DNA from: Octopus sinensis
Lineage: Eukaryota
NCBI RefSeq assembly: GCF_006345805.1
Contig: NC_042997.1
Coordinates: 2,790,001-2,854,000 of the forward strand
Length of the DNA: 64,000 nt
Direction: 5' to 3'
The notes beneath the pieces are model-generated. The model was not told the origin of the DNA. It was given only the letters and a program-made list of their open reading frames with translations, and ran no database searches. Each line of letters starts with the position of its first letter. Position 1 is the first letter of the stretch. The position numbers were made by a program, and so were the translations under genes. Positions 39,501-55,785 of this stretch are shown here, piece by piece.

Positions 39501-41637
39501 GTAGGCGGTTGCCAAAGCTCCGAAATCACTGAATGTTATTCCTTTTAAGAAAAATAAATATACAGACGCACGCGCGTACACACACGTGTTGTGTGTGTAT
39601 GTGAGTGTATGCGTGTGTGTAGTGTGTGTACGTGTGTTTGTGCGTGTGTAATATATAAAGTGATACCCATGCAACACAATCTTGGGATAAAATTATTTTA
39701 CATAGAAAAGTGAATAAATACTTATAATGATATCTACGCAACACGAGTAAAAGAAAATGTTTGTAGTATATATAATTTTCAGCAAGGAATATTTTTGCGC
39801 TTGGCAATAGAAATATAATTAAAATTATTCATACACTTTCTTGCCTGATTACTTAACCGAATGGCTGTTTATATTTTGTATGTAGAATTCAGGATTCTAT
39901 ATTTTTTGTGGGAGAATATAAAGATCTATGTTGATCCTTTTTGAAAGGGCGTTTGATCTTGTATGATACATTGACACTGTACATATGGTCATATTTTATG
40001 ATATGAGGGCCATTTTTGCTAATATATGCGTGTTGTGTGTGTGTCTCACCCCCAAAAGCTTCCACGCAAGCTTCGTTATTTGCAACGTAACTCGAACAAA
40101 TTCCGATATATTGATGTGTGTGTTTGTGTGTGTTTTGTGTGTTTAAGAAAATCTCGTGTATCCTATAATCATTTGCCCAGTAATGGAGAAAACAAAATGC
40201 CAATAACGTTTTACGCAGAGTTATCTTAGAATAAACAATATTATTCCGCTTTACCATTAACATTATTGACTGTTTCCTTTCACTGAATTGCATTTTACAC
40301 AAGTGTCATAAGAACATAATTATATATTTCCTTCTTCTGAGCTCTCTTGGTTACGTCGGGGAGCAGGTGAAACACGCAGTGTCATTTTTTCAGTTTGATT
40401 TCCAAACAAAAACGCTCATTCTATCATAACATATATCACGTTAAAATGACGTTTTAAGCACTTTTCCTTGGGAAAATAATATTAATATCTTACTTAAAAG
40501 ACATACCATCAGCATACTTAAATGGCCCTTCGAACATGATATTGCAATAAACCAGATTATTTGGAATCCAATGCAACACGCATAATCTACATGAATGTCT
40601 ATCACTCAACGTAAATTCCGTAAAACTGCAAAGATGTCCAACAGCACCTTTTCTTTCATAATATCTGTAAGGTATTAAGTGGTAGTAAGTCGAAAATCAC
40701 TTGTATAAGCAGCATGCTCATTCAAAATATTACCATATCCTTGAAATGGGAAACCATCTTCACATGAATTAAGATATCAATATGTATGACCTTGCACATG
40801 CTTATTAAGTCTGGCTTTTAAGAATGTAGCACTTAACAACAACGCTGACATTATTATACATTACCTACGCAAAAACTACATAACAATTACCGGGCAGAAA
40901 ATTAAATCCAAACTTGAAGATGTTAGCTTTTTTCAGAAATCATTAGCCATGAGAAAAAGACAACCAAACGTTATCTGACGTCTCACAGAACAGATCAAAG
41001 TCGAAATCTTAGGCACCATAAGTCTCTAAATCTTAAACATATCATACGTGAAATTCAATAACGTTTTCTCTGTCCTGTGTAGCCAGTTACTCAATTTCTT
41101 TCTCCCTGTAGCAAGTTACTGAATTTTACAAAACGCTTTATTGACAGCTTTCATAATCTATATCTAAAATCAATTGTAGATACACACTTAAATACAATTA
41201 ATATTGTAAGACACAGGCCATAGGCTTCTGAGTTGGCCTCTACCAACACAATGCATCTCATATTAGGAGAAGTCGGTTTCGCAAGATCGTTTGAATATGT
41301 AAAAAGAAATATGGACAGTGATTCTATGAAGCTGCATTGGGACGAAAACTAGTAATACAGAAGCGATGCCATAATCAACTCAGGCACCTCTAAAAGGCAT
41401 AGCTATATAATTACACCAACTAGAGATATCGTAACAATTTTTAACAGAAATAACTACAAATTATGGTTATGTGAATCTAAACTAGAATATCGTATAATAA
41501 TCATCAATACCAATTATAATGATCTCAGCAAATTGAACGCTCAACGAATTCTGATTCTAGCAATCAAAGCACAACATATTATAACAAATAGATAATTACA
41601 GAGCGAAATTTATATTCCAGCATGAAAGCAACGCGCT

Positions 41638-41725
41638 GAAGTGGCAGAGTTAGACTATCAGATGGAATGCATCGTAGGGGTTGCTCTGTCACTCTGCCAT
41701 CCGATTTCAAGTCCGCCGGAATATT
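41638..41725 (+). mobile_element. Possible old SINE family A head
   Basis: GTGGCAGAGTTAGA (A-box-like) ... TTTCAAGTCCGCCG (B-box-like). Confidence 0.35.
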
Positions 41726-41844
41726 TTTCACATTTCATCCATTTCAAATTGACATAAATAGATACCAATACAAGAAGCTAAACAACCGATAATGATAGAA
41801 TGCAGCACGGGGTTGACAGAAAATTTTCTTTACATACTTATATG

Positions 41845-41845
41845 A

Positions 41846-41881
<36 letters not shown>

Positions 41882-41885
41882 AGAT

Positions 41886-41951
<66 letters not shown>

Positions 41952-42000
41952 TGATTGATTGATATAGATAGATAGATAAATAATACATACATACATACAG
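41845..42000. repeat. (AT)n followed by (AGAT)n tetranucleotide array
   Basis: Direct reading. Confidence 0.96.
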
Positions 42001-42854
42001 ATGCAGGCATGCATGCACATTTAAAGCACACACACACGCACATAGACATAAGAAATTATAAACTTTTGAGAGAAAGTGAAATCATTCTCTTTTGGTTACA
42101 GTGGACCTAGAGGCACATTGATCTTAAATAACGACCTGTAAATATTGGGTTGTAACCACCTCTTGGTTAGAAAATGTGAAAGGCAACCTTTGAATATTTC
42201 GCAGGCTGTTTAATGCATTTTGCGTATTGAACGTGTGGTAAAACATGCCCAAACACGCATCGTTTATTCGCATAAACATTCCTATGAACGAGTCTGTTTC
42301 AGAATGCAATCTCGCATGTGTGTACATGTTTTACAAAAAAAGCTTGTATTAATAGAGAAAACAAAAAGAATGTATAACATTAATTTCATATGTCGAATTA
42401 CTAACACATTCAGTCTTGTATTTAAATACTTTATAGTGAATATTGGTTCCTGGTTGGGACGAAAATGAAAGAAATAAATGATAACATTAAAAGGTTATGC
42501 TAAGCGTATTTACTCTTTGATAACATATTACTTGAAAGTCTTGCAATTGTTGGTTAACGAAGTAAAGATTTAGAAGTGAATTGAAAAGCAAACATTTGCC
42601 TTGTAATTAAGCCACTACGTTTGAAGCCTCCTCAAAAGATCTAACATTGTAATAAATAACCATTTGCTTAACGCTCCTCTCTAAGTATTAATATACACGA
42701 CACACAGACATATGTGAGTGTGCAGATGTATACGTATATGTGCAAGCATTATACATGTTTTCTCTCCCTCTTTCCCCTCTTCAGTAAAAAAGAAAAGCAA
42801 TATCCATACAGATATATACATGCTCATACATATTACATATAAATATAAGAATGC

Positions 42855-42855
42855 G

Positions 42856-42947
<92 letters not shown>

Positions 42948-42992
42948 ATATATATGTATGTATATATATTATGTATATATATATATATATAG

Positions 42993-43025
<33 letters not shown>

Positions 43026-43065
43026 TATATACATATATATATATGTACATATGTGTGTATGTATG

Positions 43066-43097
<32 letters not shown>

Positions 43098-43100
43098 TCT
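42855..43100. repeat. Interrupted (AT)n microsatellite
   Basis: Direct reading. Confidence 0.95.
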
Positions 43101-43749
43101 GTGTCAATGTATATACATTATATACATACACAAATACCTACACATACATATATATACACAGAGAGAGGGGGAGAGAGAGTAATAATTATGGACATAGAAA
43201 GAAAGACATACACCACATGAACGCAAAAAAGTGACATGATTCATTCATGTTAAGCAGGAAATGCATCAACGTCATAAATATATGAATGAGGTACATGTAA
43301 TAAATAAAGATGAAAAAGAAACTATGTTGCTATATAATTTAAAAGTCAATAAATATTAAGCGATAAACTAAAAGCAACATCAGAGAAATAAGAGTTTGTT
43401 CAAGATGATGATGCGGATTAGAAAGGTATATCATTAATCCCTACATGCCTCGTAGAATATTATCGAATACGCGATAATAATCTTATATCCTACCTTTGCA
43501 ATCAGTCGTATTTTTCGAATTATTATTACAAGCTGGTTGTTCGTGAATTATATGCACAATTAAAATATCGCCAACAAATATATACACAGATATTGTATAG
43601 ATGTAATGCAGTTTCTGTATATGCATTCTGCACCGGGCGATATTATCTGTTGACTTGCAACTTATCGTACTCCGACATGAAAATTACTAGATATTATCAA
43701 GTAATCACATCTTAAATTAAAGTATAAAATTTGAAATTCTTGTCTCAAG

Positions 43750-43990
43750 ATCATTAAGTTATATCCCATATTTGAAGCCGATGTTGAATAAGGTATTTTC
43801 CTATTAGGGGGCGCCTTATCAAATATTTCCTTTGAAGAGGACATATTACATATCCTTTCCCTGATGTTAGCTATCAGGTTTTTCAACATTTTAGGATTGC
43901 TTGTGTATATAGGAGAGTTTCCTACTTATACAAACTCTATAATCACTCTTTTCCGTTGATTTATTGTAGGCCATATTGTAGACCATCTTT
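43750..43990 (-). mobile_element. Penelope-like RT C-terminal remnant
   Basis: MLKNLIANIRERICNMSSSKEIFDKAPP, preceded by a degraded YIH-SN segment, resembles Penelope YIHxxSNHPPxIxKxIPxxIxxRxSxxSSxxEIFDxAxP. Confidence 0.65.
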
Positions 43991-44253
43991 CATTGAAAAC
44001 AGGGGACGCATATCTAATTTCATTTCTTTTCTTTCGTTTGCTTTTCGGTTTTATTCACCATTCGTCTTCTACCTATGACTTTTTGCATCAACCTTCTCGA
44101 ATTTTTCTTGTGGTTTCTCACGTACCATCGTCCTGATTTTCAAATAGAACGAAAACATATACTTAGTGATTTAAGATTGGTTAGAGGCACATTATGAAAA
44201 CCTGCCTAGCAACGTGCCTTCATACCAATTGTGTAAATGAAATGGGAAACATG

Positions 44254-44352
<99 letters not shown>

Positions 44353-47300
44353 GGTAATTAGTAATGGATTTCTCGAAACTTTTACCGGTTTTGCTCACAG
44401 TTACGTATTTAAAATATATAATTCGTTTAATACTGATATAATATAATATAGATACTGTTTCAGCATCAAAATGTATTCTGAAAATGATCACACTTATACT
44501 AAACAGAAGCATTCCATCATGGAATATACCAGGAGTTAAAAGTTGAATAATATTTTATTCAAAGTGTGTAACTTTACCACGTATGGTTTTCCCCAATAAG
44601 CCTGTGCGTTCTTGAGTAACTGAATGCACAACGCGTCAACACACAAAATATATTTAATACAGATGATGGAACAGAGACATTCTTAAAATTTTAATGCAGT
44701 AATAGATATGGAAAGGCTAATGTTATGACTAAATATATGCTACTAAGAGCATATTAAAATCCTGAATAAAAAGGCGAAGCATGTTTGAAAGAATGACTGT
44801 TACTTTGTACAGATGCACATATATGACATACAAATATATATGCAATACATATGGCTACATACACACACATACAGACACACACACATGTATATATATATAA
44901 ACATATGTATGCATATATGCATATATATATGTGTGTGTTTATGCATTTATGAAAAAGTACGAAAGTCAGTGTTCTCCAAACGGCGGATTAGCGTATAAGA
45001 TATTTCATTTGGAAATTTCTAGCTGGTTGAGATGTCAGTACCCTAGATTGCATGCTTCTTGATGGCGTCAGTCAACAACAGTCGGAAAAAGTCTGACTGT
45101 AAGCCAAGGGATGATTGTATGTCAAAATTGCTGACGGATGCACAAATCTCATGCGAGAAGGGATGATGAATTATCTTTTATTTCCTATACGGAAGAGCAT
45201 TTTAATAAAGAAAAGGGAAGTACCCTTAGAAAATAATTTATTTCTCTACAAATGAATTGCTTGTAACAAATATACTGAAGAAATAGATCAATAATTACAA
45301 TGAAGAACACACAACACACAAAAATACTCTGACACCGAAACATACAACACAGAGACACACACACACAAACACGCACACACACAGACATACATACACACGC
45401 ACACAGACTGAGTTTCTCACAGATATGCAAACATCCGTTACAAATTTAGATGCACGCATACATAACTCATATATCGAGTGAATTTACCATGGCACTATAA
45501 TGAACATATTCATTAATATCATGTAATGAATGCTGGACCCTTTTTATTTTTTAGAAATTGCGACACAGCAGATTTCAAAAGACACTAAAATTATTTGTAA
45601 GTTTCATAGTCCTCATTTACACGTAAGCCCAAGCGAAAATTAAAATATATATACATACAGATGCCCTTATAATAGAGATTAAACTACTATTGGACACCGT
45701 TACGAATACTTATATGATGGCTAGACCAAGCTGCATCCTTAAATTTATGTGACAGTCTAGAACACTCTCGTACATGCACCATTTTGACACTTTGAAATAA
45801 CACAAAAACACTTCAGCAGGTTCTTAACTACGTTTGATAATCTCTATGCAATGCGAATTAAAAAGTTTGAGAGCTGATATGAGAAATTCTATTATCGTAT
45901 GAATCGGATCAACTTTTAATTTGATAAGTTGGATATGTGACAATGCTAAATTTATTTGGTTCAGTTGTAAAGCTAATATGTATAATAACTGGTTTATACA
46001 CTTTACAGAGTAGACTACTTCGCATCTATATGTTAATATCTTCGTTGAAACGTCTCCTTAGTAGTGAAATGTATTTTACAACTAATTTTGAGCGCGAAGA
46101 AAATACACGTCAAAACTGCAGAGTCCAATATACAATTACTCATGAATCCTGGTGAAAAAATTCTATGATTAAGTGATGCAATGTAGACAGTAAAATAAAA
46201 TTGCTGCCGAATGGCTCTCGTACGCATACGTGAGAAACACCAGTCAATGAACTCGTTTCCTGTATATTGCAAAATAAAAGAGTTGAAAGAATCGGGAGGA
46301 AGAATGCATAGTAGTAACAGACACGAAATGTTCCAAATCATAATGAAATTTTAAAACAATTCAATCAATGAATATTAAGTTTTTAATGAATTATTATCCG
46401 AGAATAGACAAGTATCTTTACATGAGCGCAATCACCGGAAACCACAACTCATGCATGACACTGAATGACGAAACCATAAACATAAACAATTTTCAATCAC
46501 CTGAAAAAATTTAATCTATAATATTCATAAATGTGTCTTTACATCATGCTCGAATAAAAATGTATCCGATGAAAATATTTTAAAAACATTTTGTGTAAAT
46601 TCAGGTTCTAAGAAATAATAGTTATATATCTAACCTGCGAAAATTAACGGAGATGAAGTAGCAAAATTGCGCGGATAATTCTTCCATTCGTTATGAACTT
46701 TGCTACTAATAAATTTAGATGATTCTTAACTCTGATAGCCGTCTGGTTAACAATTAGCAGCAATATTTATAATAATGCAGTGAATGTAAATTATAATTAC
46801 CTAGGTCGCAATAATGGTTCAAACAATGAAATCACAACATCTTTGAAATTGTAGATAACTGCCTACTTCTATCTTGAGTGTGTGTGTGCCTCGATCAGAT
46901 ACTTATCTGGAGAGAGGATATATCTGTTTAAGGGTCACTGAAACTATCTATCGATCTAAGAGTGACGCCTTCACATCTCTATACGCAATACACTATTTCG
47001 TAGGAGCAGCAATTAATGCAACCTTATGTAACTTCCTGGATCCCTGTGGAGTCTGATACTTTGCTTCATAAGAAATCCATCATTCACGGGGAGTTGCGTT
47101 ACGAAGCAAAGATGAGCGATGAGTGGGAAGCAAATGCATCCGTAGAAAAAATAAATATATTAACATCGGCATGAAACGTTATTGAAGTAAAAGAAAACGT
47201 AAAGTTTTTCCTCTACATTTAGATTTCAAATGACCAATCATATGCAAAGCCGTTAAATTTGGCCAAATAATTATGATCACTTTTCCCAATTTCGTCTTTT

Positions 47301-48289
47301 ATTGCCTACATGTTTTCATAATTACCTCGCGTACAACACTATCATATGCGATCACGTACATCACGTCATCTAGTCCACTAATAAAACATAGGTCTTGTGT
47401 GACCTAACCGAGTCTCTGAAGTGCGACAAACCATTCTATTAAGGAATATTCCGCCCTTTTAGGGGCAACTCCCATGCAATATATAGATCAAGTAGTATTT
47501 TCAGTATAAGCCATTGGTAAGTTTGACTAAACTAATATTCATAAAATCTATCACGTGTGCATAATGGTACCTACACACGATGCACATTAATTATAATATT
47601 ATATCATTCATATTCTTTTAATTATAAAATTATTTAATCAATTTATATTTAATCAACTTACATTACCTTCACTTTAAACGTAGCGTTTACTCAGAATAAG
47701 GGATTTTTGTCAAACATTTCTTATACTGATTGAGCAAGAAAATGTGGGATATTAAGTTACAAATTGTGGAAGATGGAATACAGTAGATATAAAAGAATAT
47801 ACTCGCCGTCGTGAAATATTTTAATCTTTCTCAATAAAGATTATGTGTTTGTATGCACACATACACAGCACACATAACTAACAGACACACACATACACAA
47901 ACATACACACACACACAAACACACACACATAAAGACACACACACGCATATATATATATATAATGCTATATATCTAAATATCTCTATACATATGCGCCTGT
48001 TTGTCCGTGTTTAGCATGCTTCTATGTATAATGTGCATCTATTTTCAGTCATACTACACCACAGGAAAACTTGAAACTTTTGTGAAACACACCTCTCTAG
48101 GTAGTATAAACCGTATTCCAAAGCAAACTCCCATAGATGTGAAGTGAATCGCTCTCTCACAATTTCATGATTTCTCACATACGTAAAATATTTTGGATGA
48201 GATTAGTAATTACTGATAATTATATATGAACATTATCTCTTCGACTGCCAATCATGTGTCCCCGAGTTTTAAACACCTATCAAGTATTA

Positions 48290-48440
48290 TTGAATTAGCA
48301 CGTTGGTAGAATTGTAAGTGTCAGAAAAATGTCTGATGTTACTTGTACTGCAGGCTTATGCTCCGAGTGGCAAAACCACTGAGGTCAATAAAACCTTTCA
48401 GATATTAAACCTCGATACAATAAAATATGAGTAGTGGAAA
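48290..48440 (+). mobile_element. Old SINE family A copy
   Basis: TTGGTAGAATTGTAAG...CTGAGGTCAATAAAACCTTTCA...ATAAAATATGAGTAG. Confidence 0.5.
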
Positions 48441-51400
48441 CGATTAATATCCTCATTCAAATTTCCTGACCTTCTACTAAAACCACAAACAATTATTACT
48501 TCTCAGCATACGAAAGCAGTTTTTTTCTTATTTGAAGATCATGATGAAGAACAGTGGCACACCACCAAGTAAATATATAAACTGATCATTGGTGCTGCAT
48601 GGCTTTCATCCCGTCTGCGCGTAGTTGTTTTAAAGTGGGAATCAGTTCCAACAATCCGTCCCTAATTTCAACACTTGGAGGTCTGACAACATTAGATTAG
48701 CTGGATAAGAAGGCTACGGTGGCTAGTAAGCTGTAGGTTTTACATTGGAGTGTCCTTCTTATAAGTGACTTTGCCTTACAGGGCTAAACAAATCCAGCTG
48801 TATAATGACGTGTTGATTAGCTTGTAATTTTACTGAGTAAAATCCAGGCATAAACCTTTGCTGCCATGTGAGCGCTTTTAGAGAAAAAGGTAGGGGTGTA
48901 AACCTCGAGAGCAAATAAAGGAAGGTCGTTAAAGAGGGAACTAGACCGCCTAAGAGACTTTCATCCACCTTGATTTGCTTGTTGACTCCCATAGCCTTTT
49001 CTTTTCGAAAGCGCTCGAAAGGCAGGGGAGGTTTATGCTTGGGTTCTCTGCATGCTAAATATCTCAATGTTGGAACAATGATAGCTGCTACTAGTTCGTG
49101 TTAGATTAGATCTGGGACCAATCACTGGCTAAGAGGTACTTCCACACTCCTCTGCAACCAGGAACTCCCTAACCAGATCCTGATAACCAGCTGCTATTTA
49201 AAATCACACCCAGAATATAAAGCATATGCAATATAACTTTAATAATAGTTTCAGATCTATTGTTTAATGTACTGAACGTCTGCTACATATTTCAGCTACA
49301 TTTCAGACTGTATATCCTATACTAAAGCTGTAACATTGCTAGAGTTGTTTCAATGCTGCGAATTAATAATACAATTTTTACAAATCTGTTCGCAAGAAAA
49401 TGTGAAATAATAGTGCATCACCTCGGAATATTATTCGAGGTTTTGCCTAGCACCACATGATAATATCTGCTTGGTTTATGCGTAGGGTATTTTATGGCAA
49501 CTACTGATTCGTACTAAATAACATGGCACATTTGCAAAACACTGTATTACATGTGTCTATGAACATCTGACGTTGGTGAATGTTGATATGGTTGCTTACA
49601 CCATGTTCAATATAATGTTGTAGAATTGTTTTCATAGTAATGACAAATATTGCAACAATATTTCATTCGTGCTGTTTTCGAATATAAATACTTGTTTCTA
49701 TAGTTCTTTATCGAGCTACTATGTTCTCTATTACTCAATGTTCCTTTAATAATTTCACTATAATTCTGAATTACACATATTTTAAGATATTTCCTCATAT
49801 ATTATTTATGATGTCTGAGCGCAAAATAAAACATCATTATATTAGAAAGTGTAACTTCTCTGCCTTTCAAGCAAAATTGCTTGAAATAAATATAAAATGA
49901 AACATTTCATCTGTTAAAACAATACGCCACTTTTTCGTATGTCAGGGAATCAATTAAAAAAAATATTAAAACTGTACAAACGAAAAATGCCCATGAAATA
50001 TTGACACATTGTAGAGATTTTCGTATTAAGTTAACATCCATTTATTTGTTGGACAGACATCTGACTTATTTTATTATTCTCTCACTTTGATTTTTACGAG
50101 TATGAAAATATTGATTTTTATCACTCGCTTGACATTTAAGCAGAAAAATATAGGACATATAAAATATAAAATATATAGGCTGGTATTCATGTAAATCTAG
50201 CCATAGCTAACATATTTTGTGTTTCCAACACATATAGAAAACGGAGTGAGTTAAACGACATTTTCTCATCAGGTCTTTCACCTTTCGATATAATTTATAC
50301 ATATATATCAATTATTTATATTCTAAAACTTTTAAATAAACTACAAATGTTTTGTATAAAAATGTTCGCAGTTGCAAAAGTTATGAACATAATATTAATT
50401 AATCACTAATATATTATTTATGATCCAATCACAAAAATAGTGCCACTAGTTGACTATCTATAACGATTCTAAATTTTTGCGAGCTATTCCAATCAAACTT
50501 TTATCATCTCTTTTATCATCGATTGAATCATATACAAGAAATGTCACATTATACGGATTCCACACAGAGGAATGTCCGGAATAAGACGAATAACATGGAC
50601 TCCAGTCAAAAGACGTACTTCACATACATAACTGAAAAAGAACAGTTTTGCAATTTTTAAATATTTAATAAGGTATAAATTTTTGTTTTTAGATGTCATG
50701 AAATATTTTATCTTTATTTTCAATTCCTTGTTTGTGTAGCTTCAGTTCTGATTGCATAGAATCAGACAAGCACAATCAATTCAAATTCAGTTTTAGATAT
50801 GATGAGTAATTTATCAATAAATGTTCTTTTGTAAAACTTAAAAGAATTAAAAAACTTTCTAATAAATGAATATTTTTGGCACGTCTGATTTCACCTTTAC
50901 CTCCAAATTTGTCTGAACACTAAACAATTGCAAAATTGTATAGTAACCAAATAATATCTCTCCACAATAACTTTCTAACAGTTCACATTTTACAAACCTT
51001 GGAAACATTTCTCTTACCTCGTCTGTCTCAGATGTTTGCACAAATACACCGCCGGTCTATCTACAACACACCTACTTAAACTTACTCTTAGCTGTATCTT
51101 CTCAAAAGCAAAAGTAACTTGCTAAAAACTACATGAAGCCCCTTACTCCACAAAAATATAAAGTGGTCTAACAAACGTGAGCAAGCTGAGTCTCGGCTTA
51201 GAAGTCTCGGCTTTGAAGTCATGGTGAATCCATTTCTAATAGAAAAGTTTAAAAAATCGTACTCTACTACAAATTATTTATGAATATTTTTATTATCTTG
51301 ACATATAAACATACATATGCACACATACGTAAGTAATTATGTGAGCTTATACATACATTCATACATATATATATTAGTCTGTGTGCGCATGCGTGTGTGT

Positions 51401-53184
51401 CTGCGCGTGTGTGTGCTTATCAATGTGTGTATATCAAAGCACATCTGTATTGTAACAGATTTAAGCCAATTATGAAAAAAATATTTTCAGACAATGATAT
51501 GGAAATATTTCTTCACCATTAGTGAGAAATATTAAAATTCAGTTATATATGGCCTTCCAAAAATAATTATTCCTATTGCATCCTATAAATGATAATATAT
51601 GTATTACATGTAAAATCTGAATTTCCACCAATTTATCTACTGAAGAATGAAAAGAGAAATGTATTCGGTATACAGAAAGACTTCGATGTCAATCAGCATG
51701 TACACCAACTGACGCAATGATTATCGAATGACTTTGGAAATTTTCCTTTCAGTCAATTCAGTTACGCCCCACAGTCGAACCATATAATTACTTGGTTGTC
51801 TAATTAGTGCCCACAACAACGCATGAACCAAGAGCAATTTGTACAGAAAGCTAGTCATATTATGAGCACGCTACATTGTTTCACGTCTAATCCATATCCT
51901 GGCATCTAAACTAGTGTACATCTTATGTACTCGGATTTACTCACGAACGACATTCTCCATATAGACAGCCATGTTATCTAGACCATATATATTTTTGTAA
52001 ATATAATAATACTCTTCAGACCACATTAACAAAACGATTACGAAATGAACACTTCTTCAAAAGAACATTAAACTTTAATGTGAATTATACATTCATGACT
52101 ATATCACATTTATTAAATTTTATATGCCATGATCGAGCGTTCACAATCTCGTCGCCCACTCTTTCTGTCTAACTGGAACTGTAAGCTAATAATCATACCA
52201 CTTAATTCTAAAATTTAACCAGGTTTGTACTGGCCTCATCAATACATTTGATTATCAATTAAGTCACAATGTTTATCGACAATTCTTACTCGTTCGTATA
52301 CAGACGCACACCTCACAAATTATATTAAGTGAACACGACGTATTATCTGAGAATCCAAAATATTTTACCTCCTTTTACTAATACAACTGATGCAAATTAT
52401 AACAATCCTTTTGTATTTCACAAATTCGATGCGCTTAAAAACAGAAACAAAGGTTATATGATGTAGACATTGTGAAAGGTGGGTAAATTTGATTTCCAAG
52501 TTGGGATTTTACCATACATCATAATACTTGTAATTGAGATTTTTAAATTCGAAGGAAAGACATGTGATTTTGAGACCGACAGTTTTTGAATTAGTCACGA
52601 ATTTGCCTCTTTAGAATACATGAAACCATAATTTTTATCCCATTATAGCAATACTGAATGTGCATAAATTAATCTATAGTTAAATATATTTGTTACGAAA
52701 ATTAAGATAGTTTAAATGACAAGAATATTATTTTGATTCAGGTGCAACATAATAGATAACATTTTTACAAGATATAAATCCAGTATATCGAAACTAAGTA
52801 GCCACTGAATTATAGAGTTAAGCTATATTTAGTGGCCATGAAACTGATATGATAATTGTGGTAACGGAATTACTTGATCATGATTACCAACCGTTCCATA
52901 ACTTATTTTGCCATTAATTTTAGAAATATGGATTAAAGCAATGCACATCCCGTTATAATTTACAACTCTAGCAACAGTTTCCTGCCGTCTGTCACACTAG
53001 ATACCTGCCGATATTGATTATTGATAAGCACTCAGTGATATATTTTAGCTCTTGGCGATAAGATATAAGTGAAATTTGTCAAATACCTTTAAATAGATAT
53101 AATTTGCGTCTTTATCAATAGCGTAGCATTAAAATTCTCAATGAAGCAAAATAAAATTACCTGGAGGCTAAAACCAAGACATTA

Positions 53185-53194
53185 TATATATATA

Positions 53195-53229
<35 letters not shown>

Positions 53230-53234
53230 ATATA

Positions 53235-53314
<80 letters not shown>

Positions 53315-53345
53315 TATATATTTATTTATTTATTTATTTATCTAT
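53185..53345. repeat. (AT)n/(TTTA)n microsatellite
   Basis: Direct reading. Confidence 0.95.
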
Positions 53346-54036
53346 ATAGTGAGACAATTAGTGAGACAGAGAGAGTAAGACAGAGAGAGTGAGAGAGTGA
53401 GAGAGAAAATTTGTCACAGTATATAGAAAAGTGTAAAGAAGCCAAGTTTCTTTCATTCGCCTCTAAACAGAACTCTTCCATGATGAATGCTTTTCAGAGT
53501 AGTTATGTCTTCTTCAGTATCACACGCTGGAAGCTGGATGCACTACGTATTGACTTAAGATAAATGTCTTTTATTATATTCTAGTCAGCATTCTGCGACA
53601 GGATGTGTTCAGTTTCTAATTCTTTAGGTGAATGTCTGAATGGGAACGTGTAAGAACTCAAAATACAAAAGACTTAGAACGAAGTAGCAGTGACATTCAG
53701 GGCAGGAAAATTAGTGTGATAAAATAATAATAATGTGCAAATGTTTTCCCCCAAAAAGTTAATGATTCAACTATAAGTGCATTGCAATTTCCATCACATT
53801 ATACTAATGAAGTTCACGACATAAATTCTATTTTATTGACATTTCTATTTGTCAATGTTTAAAGATAGATATAGATATAATTTAGATAGATACATAGATA
53901 GAGGGAGAGGGAGAGAGAGAGAAACATATATATCCGTGTGTATGATGTTGTACAATAAAATAATGTATTTTCATCACACGAATGTCATGAGCTAGTTTCT
54001 TACAGACTTCTGTAAATCATCCAGCAATATATTTCT

Positions 54037-54039
54037 TAA

Positions 54040-54073
<34 letters not shown>

Positions 54074-54092
54074 TATAATATATATATAATAT

Positions 54093-54136
<44 letters not shown>

Positions 54137-54156
54137 AATAATACTAATAATAATAA

Positions 54157-54187
<31 letters not shown>

Positions 54188-54297
54188 AAGAAGAATGATA
54201 ATAATAATATAATATAATAATAATAATAGTAATAATAATAATAATGTTAAGGATAATGATAATAATAGTAATAATAATAATAACAATAATAATGATG

Positions 54298-54349
<52 letters not shown>

Positions 54350-54354
54350 TAATA
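54037..54354. repeat. (AT)n grading into (TAA)n with an internal (GAA)n run
   Basis: Direct reading; left flank of the R4/Dong element. Confidence 0.95.
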
Positions 54355-55400
54355 TTAAGCAAAACACGAGCAAAACAATATAACTGATCTCAGTATTGAA
54401 GGAAGCTGACAAATACAAACAAGAAATCATACCACCTAACAAATATGAGGAAGAAGATGATGAAGAAACAACAAAAGCTATAAAACAAATGAAATCCAAA
54501 TTAAAAATAGAACAGCAACGAACCATGATAAAACGATGGCAAGAAAAGCCCCTTCATGGCAAATACTGGACTAAATTAAATGCAAGAGAAATAGACAAAG
54601 AAAAATCCCAACAATGGTTAAGAAGCTCAGGACTCAAAGCAGAGACAGAAGGATTTTTAATTGCAGCACAAGACCAAAGCCTCCCCACCAGAAATTACCA
54701 AAAACATGTAATGAAAAGAAATATAAAAAGTAACTTCAGAATATGAGGAGATGGACAAGAAACAATAAATCATATTATCTCTGGCTGCCCAGTCCTGGCT
54801 AAGAAGGAATATATTCACAGACACGACAGAGACGGGACCTATATACACTGGAAAATATGCCAACTTTATGGAATAACAACAGAAAAAAGATGGTATAGGC
54901 ACACACCACAAAAGGTCACAGAAAACGAGAAAGCAACCATACTCTGGGATATGCCAATACACACAGATAGAAAAATTAAGGCTAACAGACCAGATATAGT
55001 TGTCAGAGATCATGAAGAAAAAAAATGTTTTCTAATTGATGTATCAATACCAGCGGATGACAACGTGTCTCTAAAAGAAATGGAGAAACATTCAAAATAC
55101 AAAGACCTGGAAATAGAGGTAACCAGAATGTGGAATCTAAAAACAGAAACAAATCCTATCATAATAGGTGCATTAGGCATGATAAAAAATTATTCAGACA
55201 AAAATACCTAGCAAAAACACCAGGACTTACAAACACATATAACATACAGAAAATTGCACTACTAGACACTGCACACATCCTACGCAGAACACTTTCCATA
55301 CAATAACCATCAGAGCATCAAAACAAATCACAGCACATACCCAAAGCACACAGAGCTGCGCTCGGTAGTGTAATGAAAGCACGCTATACAAAATATACAA
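54355..55400 (+). mobile_element. R4/Dong-clade non-LTR retrotransposon, 5'-truncated (post-RT region, zinc knuckle, restriction-like endonuclease, 3' UTR)
   Basis: One frame over 54384-55211 with a single stop at 54744: WQEKPLHGKY..., GLKAETEGFLIAAQDQSLPTRNY, RI*GDGQETINHIISGCPVLAKKEYIHRHD, RPDIVVRDHEEKKCFLIDVSIPADDNVSLKEMEKHSKYKDL. After a frameshift it reads QKIALLDTAHILRRTLSIQ* (stop 55304-55306). Confidence 0.93.
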
Positions 55401-55404
55401 TTGA

Positions 55405-55785
<381 letters not shown>

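Noticed and set aside
46899-46925. ATACTTATCTGG resembling the U1 snRNA 5' end
   Set aside because: Only ~12 nt match; no U1-70K loop (ATCACGAAG), stem-loop II or Sm site follows.
53631-53658. Possible micro-exon TTTAG|GTGAATGTCTGAATGGGAACGT|GTAAGA encoding ECLNGN
   Set aside because: Too short to distinguish from chance; no partner exons found.
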